Source: a virus | Lineage: Duplodnaviria > Caudoviricetes | Reading direction: 5' to 3' (one strand) | Virus record (IMG/VR): IMGVR_UViG_3300020567_000066 | Location: 7,121 to 71,120 of that record | DNA: 64,000 nucleotides | The notes under the pieces: model-generated | Seen by the model: only the letters and a program-made list of their open reading frames with translations | Told to the model about the DNA's origin: nothing | Database searches by the model: none | Program-made: the position numbers and the translations under genes | Part shown: piece by piece, positions 17,608 through 26,995 of the stretch | How the letters are laid out: each line of letters opens with the position of its first letter | How positions within the stretch are numbered: position 1 is the first letter of the stretch

Positions 17608-18237
17608 ATGCAACAAGGTAGTCAAGAGTGGCTTGAGTTCAGGATGGGCAGAATAGGCTCATCTGACATTCCTTCTATACTCAATCTTTACCCCTTTTGT
17701 TCCCGCTCTATGCTTTTATGTCAGAAAGCAGGATTGGTAAAGCCAAAGAAGAAGAACAAGTATATGATTCAGGGTAGTGCTTTTGAATGTATTGCAAGAC
17801 AAAAGGTATCCAAGATACTTGGAGAGTATGAGCCATATGTGTTTACTGGACACAAAGACTATAGTTTTCTCATGGCTTCTGTTGATGGTGTTTCTAAGGA
17901 TAAGAGTAGTTTCATTGAAATAAAATGTCCCTCTGAATCATCCCACCTAATGTTTAAGGAATCAGTGCCAATCTACTATCGTCTTCAGATGTCACACATA
18001 ATGTTTGTTAGTGGAATAAAGAAGGGTTATTTTGTCTCTCTGTTTCAAGATGATGTTTACATCAAAGAGTTTGGTGAAGAATTATCCTCTTTCTTCCCAG
18101 ACATTCTTTCTTCATCTACGGACTTTTACAATGAGCTTGTGGAACTAAAAGACTTTATGAGCAAAAATGAGAGTAAATTGAAAGAGATTATTGAAATCAT
18201 CAAAAGCAAAGAGCACAAGGAGCTTGTTGATGTATAA
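17608..18237 (+). CDS. YqaJ-like (lambda exonuclease family) recombination nuclease
   Basis: QGSQEWLEFRMGRIGSSD, ASVDG, IEIKCP, YRLQMSHIM. Confidence 0.9.
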   Translation: MQQGSQEWLEFRMGRIGSSDIPSILNLYPFCSRSMLLCQKAGLVKPKKKNKYMIQGSAFECIARQKVSKILGEYEPYVFTGHKDYSFLMASVDGVSKDKSSFIEIKCPSESSHLMFKESVPIYYRLQMSHIMFVSGIKKGYFVSLFQDDVYIKEFGEELSSFFPDILSSSTDFYNELVELKDFMSKNESKLKEIIEIIKSKEHKELVDV

Positions 18238-18655
18238 CAGAATAAGAGGTGTAATTAACTTGGAAAGCTTGAATATTGTTGATTTTCGTAATATGCTTAT
18301 TTATGTCTATGACTTCACTTATGAAGTGAACAATAATTTTGTTACTGACAAAGCTTTTTTGATTTCCTATAAGGATGTTGCAATAGATACTCGTTGTAGC
18401 TCAATTATAAGGTCTTTACAGAAGCTAAAGGAAAATAGAAGTGTTATTATTCAATGCTTTGTAGTTGATTGCAAGGATTATTTATTTGCTCATGAGTTTT
18501 ATTTTGACAATATGCCAAGATATTATATTGTCAGCTTACTTCTCACTAAGGAGCAGAGAAATGAATTATCAAAAAGTGGAATCAGAATTGACACAATCAA
18601 AAGGCTTAAAGAAGAATACTGTAAAGATACGAATCCTGAGTATGCTATCAAGTAA
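18230..18655 (+). CDS. hypothetical protein
   Basis: SD AAGGAG before ATG 18230. Confidence 0.65.
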   Translation: MYNRIRGVINLESLNIVDFRNMLIYVYDFTYEVNNNFVTDKAFLISYKDVAIDTRCSSIIRSLQKLKENRSVIIQCFVVDCKDYLFAHEFYFDNMPRYYIVSLLLTKEQRNELSKSGIRIDTIKRLKEEYCKDTNPEYAIK

Positions 18656-19022
18656 GTTTAAGGGATTTTTTCCAGATTCCAATATTAGTAGGAGATTATA
18701 CATTGGAGAGTCTTCTGGTGAGAAATTGTATGTTGTTTATATTCCCTTTGGATTTAATTGTCAATTTGGAACAGATTATATTGGATTGACAGTTAATTGC
18801 ATTAGGACTGAGATTGATGGCTTCCTTGTTGCTGATCATATTGACAGAATTGATGATGATGCTGATCCACCAGTCAAGAGTTGTGGGTATATTATTGAAA
18901 AGAAGGATAATGGGGTTTATATTATTGACAATACTGGTCACACAATATTTGAAGAATGTGACAAGGAGCTTCTGGACACAATAAAGGATGAAGATATTCC
19001 CTTGTATGTTGAGTTTGAATAA
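18642..19022 (+). CDS. hypothetical protein (start uncertain)
   Basis: C-terminal part of track ORF 18465-19022; ATG 18642 overlaps the upstream stop region. Confidence 0.55.
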   Translation: MLSSKFKGFFPDSNISRRLYIGESSGEKLYVVYIPFGFNCQFGTDYIGLTVNCIRTEIDGFLVADHIDRIDDDADPPVKSCGYIIEKKDNGVYIIDNTGHTIFEECDKELLDTIKDEDIPLYVEFE

Positions 19023-19034
19023 GGAGGCACCATC

Positions 19035-19976
19035 ATGACCAAGACTAAGAGTTCTGTGTTTGAGTTCAAGAGCTGGAGTGACTTCTTTGAGAAGAAGAAG
19101 TTTACTCCTCCATCCAAACTACTTGACATTGTTTTATCTGGATGTAAGTTAGTTGATGTTCATTTCCACTTCAATGATGTAAAGGCTTTTGAGAAGTCTT
19201 ACATCAATTCTAATGATTTTGAAAATAAGATTCTTGACCTGTCTAATTTCTATTATTGCATTGAGAGAGTAGCAAGCACTATAAATAAACTATCTATGTT
19301 GCTGTTTAGTTTTGAGAGTTCAGTGATTAGTTTTATCAATAGCAAATATATGGATGTTAGAGACTTGATTATGTTCAAATTACATGTCAATGATTTTTAT
19401 GATGAGCTTTATGAGGAAAAGGTTGTCAATCGTTTCAAGTATTCTGTAGCTCCAGATCGTGCTTATTCCAACATAGAAGACTTGTTCAATTACACACTTT
19501 ATCATCTTGAGAAGATTATCTATAAGAAGTCAAATGATGTCTTTTGTAGTGGGAAAATAAAAAACTCTTTCCTTTGTGAGAAGGTGTCGTTGGAAGATAT
19601 AGCATCTGTGTCAAAGGCAGTAAAGGCATTGATTGATAGGAGTGAGATTATTGTTTATGTTTATGGTGTAAATTACAATTGGGCTAAAGGTACATTTGTT
19701 GATTGCTTTGATCAAAAAGTCTATTCCAAGCCTGAGAAGTATTTCAAAAATGCTAATGTGAACAAAAGGAATCCCATTGATTTCAGTGATGGCTTTATCT
19801 TTGTGTATAAGCCTTTGTATCGTCAGGTTGATAACAGTAATTCCAGACTACTAAAGGATGATCTTGCTGCTCTCTCAATTATTGGAGACTTTGACAAATA
19901 TGTTTTTACACTTGAGACAATTGTTTCTCTTTGCAGAGAATATGTATCCTCTTTGAATAAAATGATCAAAAGATAA
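19035..19976 (+). CDS. hypothetical helical protein
   Basis: 313-aa ORF, SD AAGGAGG. Confidence 0.7.
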   Translation: MTKTKSSVFEFKSWSDFFEKKKFTPPSKLLDIVLSGCKLVDVHFHFNDVKAFEKSYINSNDFENKILDLSNFYYCIERVASTINKLSMLLFSFESSVISFINSKYMDVRDLIMFKLHVNDFYDELYEEKVVNRFKYSVAPDRAYSNIEDLFNYTLYHLEKIIYKKSNDVFCSGKIKNSFLCEKVSLEDIASVSKAVKALIDRSEIIVYVYGVNYNWAKGTFVDCFDQKVYSKPEKYFKNANVNKRNPIDFSDGFIFVYKPLYRQVDNSNSRLLKDDLAALSIIGDFDKYVFTLETIVSLCREYVSSLNKMIKR

Positions 19977-19998
19977 GTGATTTTGTATTGGAGGAATT

Positions 19999-21135
19999 GT
20001 GTTAATGAGGAGGAAAAGTAATATTGAAGACACTATTGGAGAAAGTCCTGGTTATTTGTCTAGTCAAATCATTACTTACCTTGGAAACAAGAGGAGTATT
20101 TTGCATTATATAAATGATGCTGTTTGTAAGGTAAAGGAGAAACTAGGAAAGGAAAAGCTAAATATGCTTGATGCCTTTTCTGGTTCTGGAATTGTTTCTC
20201 GCCTGTTTAAGTCTCATGCTTCTTTCCTTATTAGCAATGATATTGAAGATTATTCTGTAGTTGTCAACAAATGTTACTTGAGCAATAGAAGTGAAGTTGA
20301 TATGAAGGAACTGAGTGATATTGTTGATGATCTCAATAAAAAGGTTGACTCTGTTGATTTACCAATTGGTTTTATTGAAGAACTTTATTCTCCTAAGGAT
20401 GAAAACAACATCACTCTAGATGATAGAGTTTTCTACACAAAGAAAAATGCACGTCGATTAGATAACTATCGCAGATTGATAGACACTCTACCGAAGAAGT
20501 TTCATCATCTCTTATTAGCTCCTCTTCTCAGTGAGGCTTCTATTCACGTTAATACTTCTGGCAGCTTCCATAGCTTCTATAAGAATCGCCATACAGGAAT
20601 TGGTCAGTTTGGTGGAACTAAATCTCATTGTTTGTCACGCATTATGGGAGAAATTACTCTCAAAGTTCCAGTTTTGAGTAACTTTGAGTGTGAATATCTT
20701 GTTACTCAAGAGGATGCAAATTCTCTTTGTAAAAAGATTTCAAATCTTGATCTTGCTTATTTTGATCCACCTTATAATTATATTCCATATGGTTCAAGAT
20801 ATTTCATGCTTAATTTATTGGTCAGTTATAATCGTCCAGAACAGATTAGTAAGGTGAGTGGTGTTCCAAATAATTGGAATCATTCTGATTACATCATAAA
20901 ATCTAAACATGTTTCTGTCTTTAAGGACATTATTCATAGTATTGATTCAAAATTCATTTTAGTTTCTTACAGCAATGAGGGTTTCACTCCAGTTGAACAG
21001 ATGAAGTCTATTCTTGGTGAGGTTGGACATGTTGAGACAATAGAAATACCGTACACTGTGTATAAAGCTTCCAGGAGTATTTGTGATCGTCCTATTCGTG
21101 TCATTGAATACTTGTTCCTTGTTATGAAAAAGTAG
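19999..21135 (+). CDS. adenine-specific DNA methyltransferase (D12 class; M.NlaIII/M.FokI-like)
   Basis: TYLGNKRSIL, motif I DAFSGSGIVS, motif IV YFDPPYN, LVSYSNEG. Confidence 0.88.
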   Translation: MLMRRKSNIEDTIGESPGYLSSQIITYLGNKRSILHYINDAVCKVKEKLGKEKLNMLDAFSGSGIVSRLFKSHASFLISNDIEDYSVVVNKCYLSNRSEVDMKELSDIVDDLNKKVDSVDLPIGFIEELYSPKDENNITLDDRVFYTKKNARRLDNYRRLIDTLPKKFHHLLLAPLLSEASIHVNTSGSFHSFYKNRHTGIGQFGGTKSHCLSRIMGEITLKVPVLSNFECEYLVTQEDANSLCKKISNLDLAYFDPPYNYIPYGSRYFMLNLLVSYNRPEQISKVSGVPNNWNHSDYIIKSKHVSVFKDIIHSIDSKFILVSYSNEGFTPVEQMKSILGEVGHVETIEIPYTVYKASRSICDRPIRVIEYLFLVMKK

Positions 21136-21171
21136 GTTCATGTGTTTTAATTGATAGACAAGGAGAAAAAT

Positions 21172-23829
21172 ATGAAAAAAGTATGTCTTCATGGTCACAG
21201 CATCTATTCCAAGGATGGAATTGCATATCCTGATGAGATATTCAAAATTATGGATATTGCTGCTATTACTGATCATGGAACTCTTGGGTCACATTATTAT
21301 GTTCCAGAAGATGGAAAGAAAATAATTCGTGGCATTGAGATGTACATCGATATGCCAGTTGAATATCAACCAATCTTTAAGAAGGCAAGAGAAAAGAGAG
21401 GAAAAGCACATCATCTCACCATACTTGCTGATGGTGAGCAGGGATGGTTATCTCTTGTAAGGCTTAGTGCAGAATGCTGGAATGGCTTTTACCATTTTCC
21501 AAGAGTTACTTTTGAAAAGTTTATGGATATGGATTTACCAGGAATTATTGTATTGTCTGGGTGTCCTGCTAGTGTAATTTACAAGCTTTGGGAATCAAAT
21601 AATCTTAAGCTTGCAGTTGATGTCTTTTTGAGATTGAAGGAGAAGTTTAGAGGAAGATTTTATGCTGAGGTTATGCCAAGCATGGATATACAGTATGTTG
21701 AATTTATTGCCGATGTTGCTAAGAATTACAATGTCCAAGTGGTTATGACTCAGGATGCCCATTACACTAGTGATTTATTCAATGCTTGGGTTGTCTACAA
21801 AGCATTAGATGAAGAGGCTAAATATGATTTGTCTTATGAAATGAGCATACCAGATAATCTATTGAGCTATTACAGAAATAGCATATCTCTTGCTGAGGAC
21901 ATTAATGAATATACTCTAAAGTTTTCTTACAAGGATTATGATGTCAATAACGATATTTATTATCTTCGTAAGATAGCTATTGATCGTGCAGATAAGTATA
22001 ATTTTGATATTGATTATTCAATTTTGGATAAGGAGATTGAAGTAATAAAAGACATTGGCATGTCCTGGTATATGACTATCATTTATGACATATTCCAAAT
22101 AGCCAACAATCTTTCTGGTGGCCATGTTACTTTACGTGGTAGTGCCTCGTCTTCCTATCTCCTTTATCTCCTTGGAATGACAAGATTCAATCCTTTGAAG
22201 CATGGTTTGATGTTTGAGAGGTTTATGTCAAGAGATAGGAAAGAATTACCAGATGTTGATATTGATGTTCCTGCATCTAAAAGGGATGAGATTATAAAGG
22301 AAATTGAGTCAATGGGAAACTTTGTTGTAATACACACATCAACAGAAGTAAATTATGAAGAGAGAAGTGCAAAGAATCGTTATGATAAGTTCATAAAAAG
22401 TGTTGGTGGCAATAAGGTTTATGATAACAGTGTTATTGACATAATGAAGGGAAGAATGATGAGTTATGGAACACATGCATCTGGATTAACATTAATTCCA
22501 AAGTCTTTGAGCCAATATGTTCCAACCAGAATTGATAATAATGACAATGTTTGCATAGAGTATTCTTATGAAAACTGTGGTTTTCTGAAGGTTGATATAC
22601 TTGGACAAGATATTATGGATGTTATAAAAGATTGTTCTAGTGGTTGTAGTGTTGAAATGTCTCTACCATTTGATCAGAGTGTGTTTTATGACACAGTAGA
22701 GGATTGTACTGGAGTATTTCAGCTTACTGGAAAAATGAGAAGATATTGGCGTTGTTATGCTTTGAAGAAGAAGCCAGACTATTTTGATGTTGAGGACTAC
22801 TCTTATGTTTCGGCAGTTTATCGACCTGCCATTCTAGAGTCTGGATATTTTGAAAAGATATTTGAGTTTGACAATAGCTTTATTCCAGAATCTGTTAGAA
22901 AACTATTGAATAATGGCAGCATTGTCTATCAGGAAGATTTGCTAAGATTGTTGGCAAACTATATTCCATTGGAAAACTCATACAGTGTAATGAAGAAATT
23001 GGCTAAGAAAGACATTGATGGTGCTAATAAGATTCTCGATAGTCTCAATGCTAAGATTCCAACATTTGTATTAAACTTCATTCAATCTTTTGGCTCATAT
23101 GGATTCAATAAGAGTCACTCAGTTTCTTATGCTTATAGAACCTATCAAAGTGCTTGGTGCAGAAAGTATGTTTGGTGGAAGTATTACCCTGCAATTATTG
23201 ATCGTGAGAATGGAATTGATAGAGCTTGGTATGTGATGAATTTCTGTCGTAGACATGGAAATGTTTTGCCACCAGATTTGAAGTCTTTGAAAACTAGAGT
23301 TGATCAGAATGGCAATCTTGTCCTTGGTGCTAGTCTGATAAAGGGGTTTGGTGTTGCAGAACCAATGTCTGATGATATGAGTGTTGACAAATATGTTGCA
23401 AGGCTTAATAAAAAGAAAAGAGATATATTGTTTGAGAGCACAATTTATTATTATTTGTCTGGTGATTTAGATAAGTTTAATGTAAAGATTGCATCATCAT
23501 TTTTATCCTGCCCAATAGTCTCAAGAGATGAAATGATTCTCAACAATTCTTTATTCAAATCAATTTGTGACAGTATACTGTATAATGTAAGCAGTGTGAA
23601 AGAGTACATTTTATGGTGTTCAGAACCAGATGAGTATGGAAAGTGTCTTTGCACTGATGGTACCGATGTTATATTCTTATATAATGTCAAACCTGGTCTT
23701 GGAAAGTATAAAATCAATATTACACCACTGAAGAGCAAAGGAATCTTGCTAACTAATCAGAGAATTGTGGGGGACAACATATGGCAAAAACGACAAGGAA
23801 GTACAAATCAAGCAATATACGAAACATAG
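21172..23829 (+). CDS. dnaE: DNA polymerase III alpha subunit (PHP plus family C polymerase)
   Basis: LHGHSIYS..DG, AITDHG, RGSASSS, FERFMSRDRKELPDVDID, HASG, LKVDILG, GVFQ, IVYQE, YGFNKSHS. Confidence 0.93.
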   Translation: MKKVCLHGHSIYSKDGIAYPDEIFKIMDIAAITDHGTLGSHYYVPEDGKKIIRGIEMYIDMPVEYQPIFKKAREKRGKAHHLTILADGEQGWLSLVRLSAECWNGFYHFPRVTFEKFMDMDLPGIIVLSGCPASVIYKLWESNNLKLAVDVFLRLKEKFRGRFYAEVMPSMDIQYVEFIADVAKNYNVQVVMTQDAHYTSDLFNAWVVYKALDEEAKYDLSYEMSIPDNLLSYYRNSISLAEDINEYTLKFSYKDYDVNNDIYYLRKIAIDRADKYNFDIDYSILDKEIEVIKDIGMSWYMTIIYDIFQIANNLSGGHVTLRGSASSSYLLYLLGMTRFNPLKHGLMFERFMSRDRKELPDVDIDVPASKRDEIIKEIESMGNFVVIHTSTEVNYEERSAKNRYDKFIKSVGGNKVYDNSVIDIMKGRMMSYGTHASGLTLIPKSLSQYVPTRIDNNDNVCIEYSYENCGFLKVDILGQDIMDVIKDCSSGCSVEMSLPFDQSVFYDTVEDCTGVFQLTGKMRRYWRCYALKKKPDYFDVEDYSYVSAVYRPAILESGYFEKIFEFDNSFIPESVRKLLNNGSIVYQEDLLRLLANYIPLENSYSVMKKLAKKDIDGANKILDSLNAKIPTFVLNFIQSFGSYGFNKSHSVSYAYRTYQSAWCRKYVWWKYYPAIIDRENGIDRAWYVMNFCRRHGNVLPPDLKSLKTRVDQNGNLVLGASLIKGFGVAEPMSDDMSVDKYVARLNKKKRDILFESTIYYYLSGDLDKFNVKIASSFLSCPIVSRDEMILNNSLFKSICDSILYNVSSVKEYILWCSEPDEYGKCLCTDGTDVIFLYNVKPGLGKYKINITPLKSKGILLTNQRIVGDNIWQKRQGSTNQAIYET

Positions 23830-24209
23830 GAATTATTCATGTTGATGAAGTGTTAAATGAGTATATTCCCTTGTATAATACCAGAATAAATGTTAACGAT
23901 ATTGGCATTCTATTGAAAAACCCTGTTCCTATGTGCTGCATGCAATTTGATGATGATTATTCACCATTTGTGTTTAGGATCAAGGGGAGGCTGTATGACA
24001 CAAAAACCCATTGGGTGAGATTGGGGAGTAGGCCAGTAATACCATTTTCCTTCATCTGGATACCAATCCCAATTGTTGCTTGCAACAAAAACAGTGATAT
24101 GGGGGCATTTGATGTCTATTTTGTTCCCTCGTATGTGAATGAGCCAACGACATCGCAAATACTGGTTGTTGGGTATATCGATAACCATAAAAACGTTATC
24201 TATGCATAA
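23781..24209 (+). CDS. hypothetical protein
   Basis: 142-aa ORF overlapping the dnaE end. Confidence 0.6.
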   Translation: MAKTTRKYKSSNIRNIGIIHVDEVLNEYIPLYNTRINVNDIGILLKNPVPMCCMQFDDDYSPFVFRIKGRLYDTKTHWVRLGSRPVIPFSFIWIPIPIVACNKNSDMGAFDVYFVPSYVNEPTTSQILVVGYIDNHKNVIYA

Positions 24210-24301
24210 AACAAAAAAATTGTGTTATGGATTCTTTTGGAAAAAGGTTATTATTAATGGGGTGACACTCCCATAATGTGCTTTATCAAGGAGTGATCGT
24301 T

Positions 24302-24946
24302 ATGTTTCTCTCTGGAAAACACTTGAAGGATAGTGGAGCTATACTGAATGGTGTTGATAGAACAAGATATGGAGTAGATCAGAAAACATCATTTGGTTAT
24401 TCCTATGCTGGATATGATCTTAGACTTGGCCCAAAGATCATAGTAGATGAAACCTATGAAGTGGAATCTAGACAAATTGGTTACACAGTTGATGGAGTGT
24501 ACCAGATTCACAATATTCTTGTTGTTCGTCCAAGCTATGCTGTTGATTTTATTTATCATCAGTATGTTATTCCTGATAGCAAGAATTATGATAATGATAG
24601 GTTTTATAGGATGATCAACATGGATGATGGTGACAGTATGTTGGCAATTGCTCCATTAACAACAATTCTCGTGGAAACAGTAGAAGAATTCTCTGTTCCT
24701 AATGATTTGGTTGGTATTGTGCTTGGTAAGAGCACATATGCCAGACATGGCTTACTGATCAATGCAACACCACTTGAGCCAGGATGGAGAGGAATCTTGA
24801 CTCTTGAGGTGACCAATTTATCTCGTTATAAGACAATTTGCTTGAAGAGGGGGCATGGTATTGCCCAAGTCCTTTTTGCCAAGATTACTTCTCCAGAATA
24901 TTATGATGGGAATTATCAGGATCAAGTTGGTGTTCGTGTATCCTAG
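24302..24946 (+). CDS. dcd: dCTP deaminase
   Basis: YAGYDLRL, GKSTYARHGL, LEPGWRGILTLEVTN, IAQVLF; SD AAGGAG. Confidence 0.92.
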   Translation: MFLSGKHLKDSGAILNGVDRTRYGVDQKTSFGYSYAGYDLRLGPKIIVDETYEVESRQIGYTVDGVYQIHNILVVRPSYAVDFIYHQYVIPDSKNYDNDRFYRMINMDDGDSMLAIAPLTTILVETVEEFSVPNDLVGIVLGKSTYARHGLLINATPLEPGWRGILTLEVTNLSRYKTICLKRGHGIAQVLFAKITSPEYYDGNYQDQVGVRVS

Positions 24947-24961
24947 TGTGAGGTTATAAGC

Positions 24962-25801
24962 ATGAAAATGTATAAGGTTCGTGATGTTCAGAAGTTGTTG
25001 TCAGGTGTAGAGCTTGTCAATGACATATTCAGTCCATCTATTAATTTCTTCTTTGGTATGCATGGCACTGGGAAGAGCACCAATGCGAAGCAGATTGTTG
25101 AATATGTTGAGAAGCATTTTCCACAATTTCATGTTGTTGTCAATGAATTGTCTTTTGATTACAACAAAAGAAACATATTTGGTGATAGCTATTTTAGCAG
25201 CAAGTGGATTGTAGATTTCCTCAATTACACAAATAAAGACAAGGTTTGCAACAATATACTTCAAAATGTTTTGTATGTCCTTGGCTCTTATGAAACGTTT
25301 TATAGTCTTGGAGTTAGTTTACTTTATGATTTTATCATGAAGGAAGACAGTAATGATGTGATTGTCTTTACGAGATCATATGATTATATATGTTATTTAC
25401 TTGCAAGGATAATTTTCCTTATCAGGAAGAACAGGATAGGTTATAATCTTAATGTAAGGAAGATTATCAGGGAGATGTTTTATAACTCTCCAATTACCAG
25501 GTATATTTATGATTGCTCTTATAACAAGAGAATAAACTTTATCATCAAAACTACAGATCAAAATTATGCACTAACCAATGAAATCATTGAAAGATTGATG
25601 AATAGCTTCTCTGCACTAGAGGATATGGAGGATGTTATAGAGTATCATAACATTTGCAATAGTTTATTCAGAATGTTGAGTAAAATGATATACAGACATT
25701 TTATGTTTTGTCTTGATGTTTTTGTAAATGTGTTTGATGGATATGATTTTGATCCATCATGGGTTGTTGGTAAGAAATTGGAGAGAGAAGATGTCGGATA
25801 A
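24962..25801 (+). CDS. P-loop nucleotide (thymidylate-like) kinase
   Basis: N-terminal FFGMHGTGKST P-loop and FTRSY (DR-like motif); directly follows dcd. Confidence 0.5.
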   Translation: MKMYKVRDVQKLLSGVELVNDIFSPSINFFFGMHGTGKSTNAKQIVEYVEKHFPQFHVVVNELSFDYNKRNIFGDSYFSSKWIVDFLNYTNKDKVCNNILQNVLYVLGSYETFYSLGVSLLYDFIMKEDSNDVIVFTRSYDYICYLLARIIFLIRKNRIGYNLNVRKIIREMFYNSPITRYIYDCSYNKRINFIIKTTDQNYALTNEIIERLMNSFSALEDMEDVIEYHNICNSLFRMLSKMIYRHFMFCLDVFVNVFDGYDFDPSWVVGKKLEREDVG

Positions 25802-26003
25802 AATACTTAGAAGCTATAAGTTCTCAGAGGAATCACTGAAAAAATTGAAGAAATGTTCAGAACTATTAACTTGGAAAATGAGAAGAACAATATACTTGAA
25901 TCAAGCTATTGAAATTGCTATTGATAAACTGTATGAATGGATAAGAAAGGAAATTTTACTTGATCCAAGTGTTGATAAACCCAATTTAGATTTTGAGAGA
26001 TAG
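25791..26003 (+). CDS. ribbon-helix-helix-like protein
   Basis: RSYKFSEESLKKLKKC...LNQAIEIAIDKL. Confidence 0.5.
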   Translation: MSDKILRSYKFSEESLKKLKKCSELLTWKMRRTIYLNQAIEIAIDKLYEWIRKEILLDPSVDKPNLDFER

Positions 26004-26191
26004 ATACTGGATATGTCCTGTTTGCAAGACAGAGCATGATAGAGATGTGAATGCATCTAAAAATTTATTAAAGTATGGGATTGCTCACCTTACGAGCAGT
26101 AGGGCAGGAACTGTCCAAACTAAAGCCTGTGGAGAGGCTAAAAGCCTCGTAGAAGCAGGAAGCCTCTCAATTTATTGAGAGGTAAGTTCAC
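25993..26191 (+). mobile_element. tnpB: IS200/IS605-family TnpB C-terminal remnant with right end (omegaRNA 3' region)
   Basis: RDRYWICPVCKTEHDRDVNASKNLL (Zn ribbon plus RuvC-III), tail RAGTVQTKACGE, hairpin CCTCTCAAT/ATTGAGAGG (26163-26182), terminal GTTCAC. Confidence 0.85.
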
Positions 26192-26212
26192 ATGAAGAAT
26201 AGGAGGTGTTCT

Positions 26213-26995
26213 ATGATTTTTTCTTCTGTCAATGGAAAGTATAACATTATTATCGACTTTGCAGCTTATCTTAGTAGAAGCAAGTATAGGAAACTCTATG
26301 AGTTTACTATGAACCTTGATGAAGAAAACAAAAACAGGCTTGTTGCTAACGTCAATGAGCTTAGAGAGCATTACAACAATGCCAAAGAACCACTTGTTGT
26401 TGTGTCTTTTGAGAAATTTGATGTGTCAGAAAAGAATGGTTGCAGATATAACTGCTGTATGAGAGTTGCTTTGCTACAAATGGAGGATAAAAAGCCAGTA
26501 TTAGGGTTCCAATTTGTTTGTTTTGGAAGAATTTATCCTGTTTATATTCTTGAAAGATATGTCTATACCCTTCGTTCTAAGATGAGATTTCATGGCATTA
26601 TGTTGACTTCTTTTGCCATGATTACAAAGCCATACGTTTATAGATTCTTAGACAACTTGGCCAATGTATATCCTGGCAACAATTATATCTATAATAATTT
26701 TAGAAGATACCTTGACATGGAAGAAGCTAGCGTAAAGTATCGTACTGGTAAGAAATTGGAGAGTATTTATGATAATAAACAACTTACACAAGGAAGAGTT
26801 GAATATATTTACAAAAGTGCTTTTGCAGGATTAGAAAGGTATCATGAAGTAGACAAGATAAATTGGGATTATGTTGCTACTGATCAAAGGATATTAACAT
26901 TTGGCTTTACTAAGAAAGAAGATCATAATAACGAAAATCATTCTGAACAACAAAACTATGAAATAAAACAGGAGGAGAAAACCAATGTTCCGTAA
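26213..26995 (+). CDS. hypothetical protein
   Basis: SD AGGAGGT before ATG 26213. Confidence 0.7.
   Translation: MIFSSVNGKYNIIIDFAAYLSRSKYRKLYEFTMNLDEENKNRLVANVNELREHYNNAKEPLVVVSFEKFDVSEKNGCRYNCCMRVALLQMEDKKPVLGFQFVCFGRIYPVYILERYVYTLRSKMRFHGIMLTSFAMITKPYVYRFLDNLANVYPGNNYIYNNFRRYLDMEEASVKYRTGKKLESIYDNKQLTQGRVEYIYKSAFAGLERYHEVDKINWDYVATDQRILTFGFTKKEDHNNENHSEQQNYEIKQEEKTNVP

Noticed and set aside
25972-25976. TTGAT as TAM/left junction of the TnpB remnant
   Set aside because: TTGAT occurs three times within 60 bp and is common in AT-rich DNA; no left-end hairpin.
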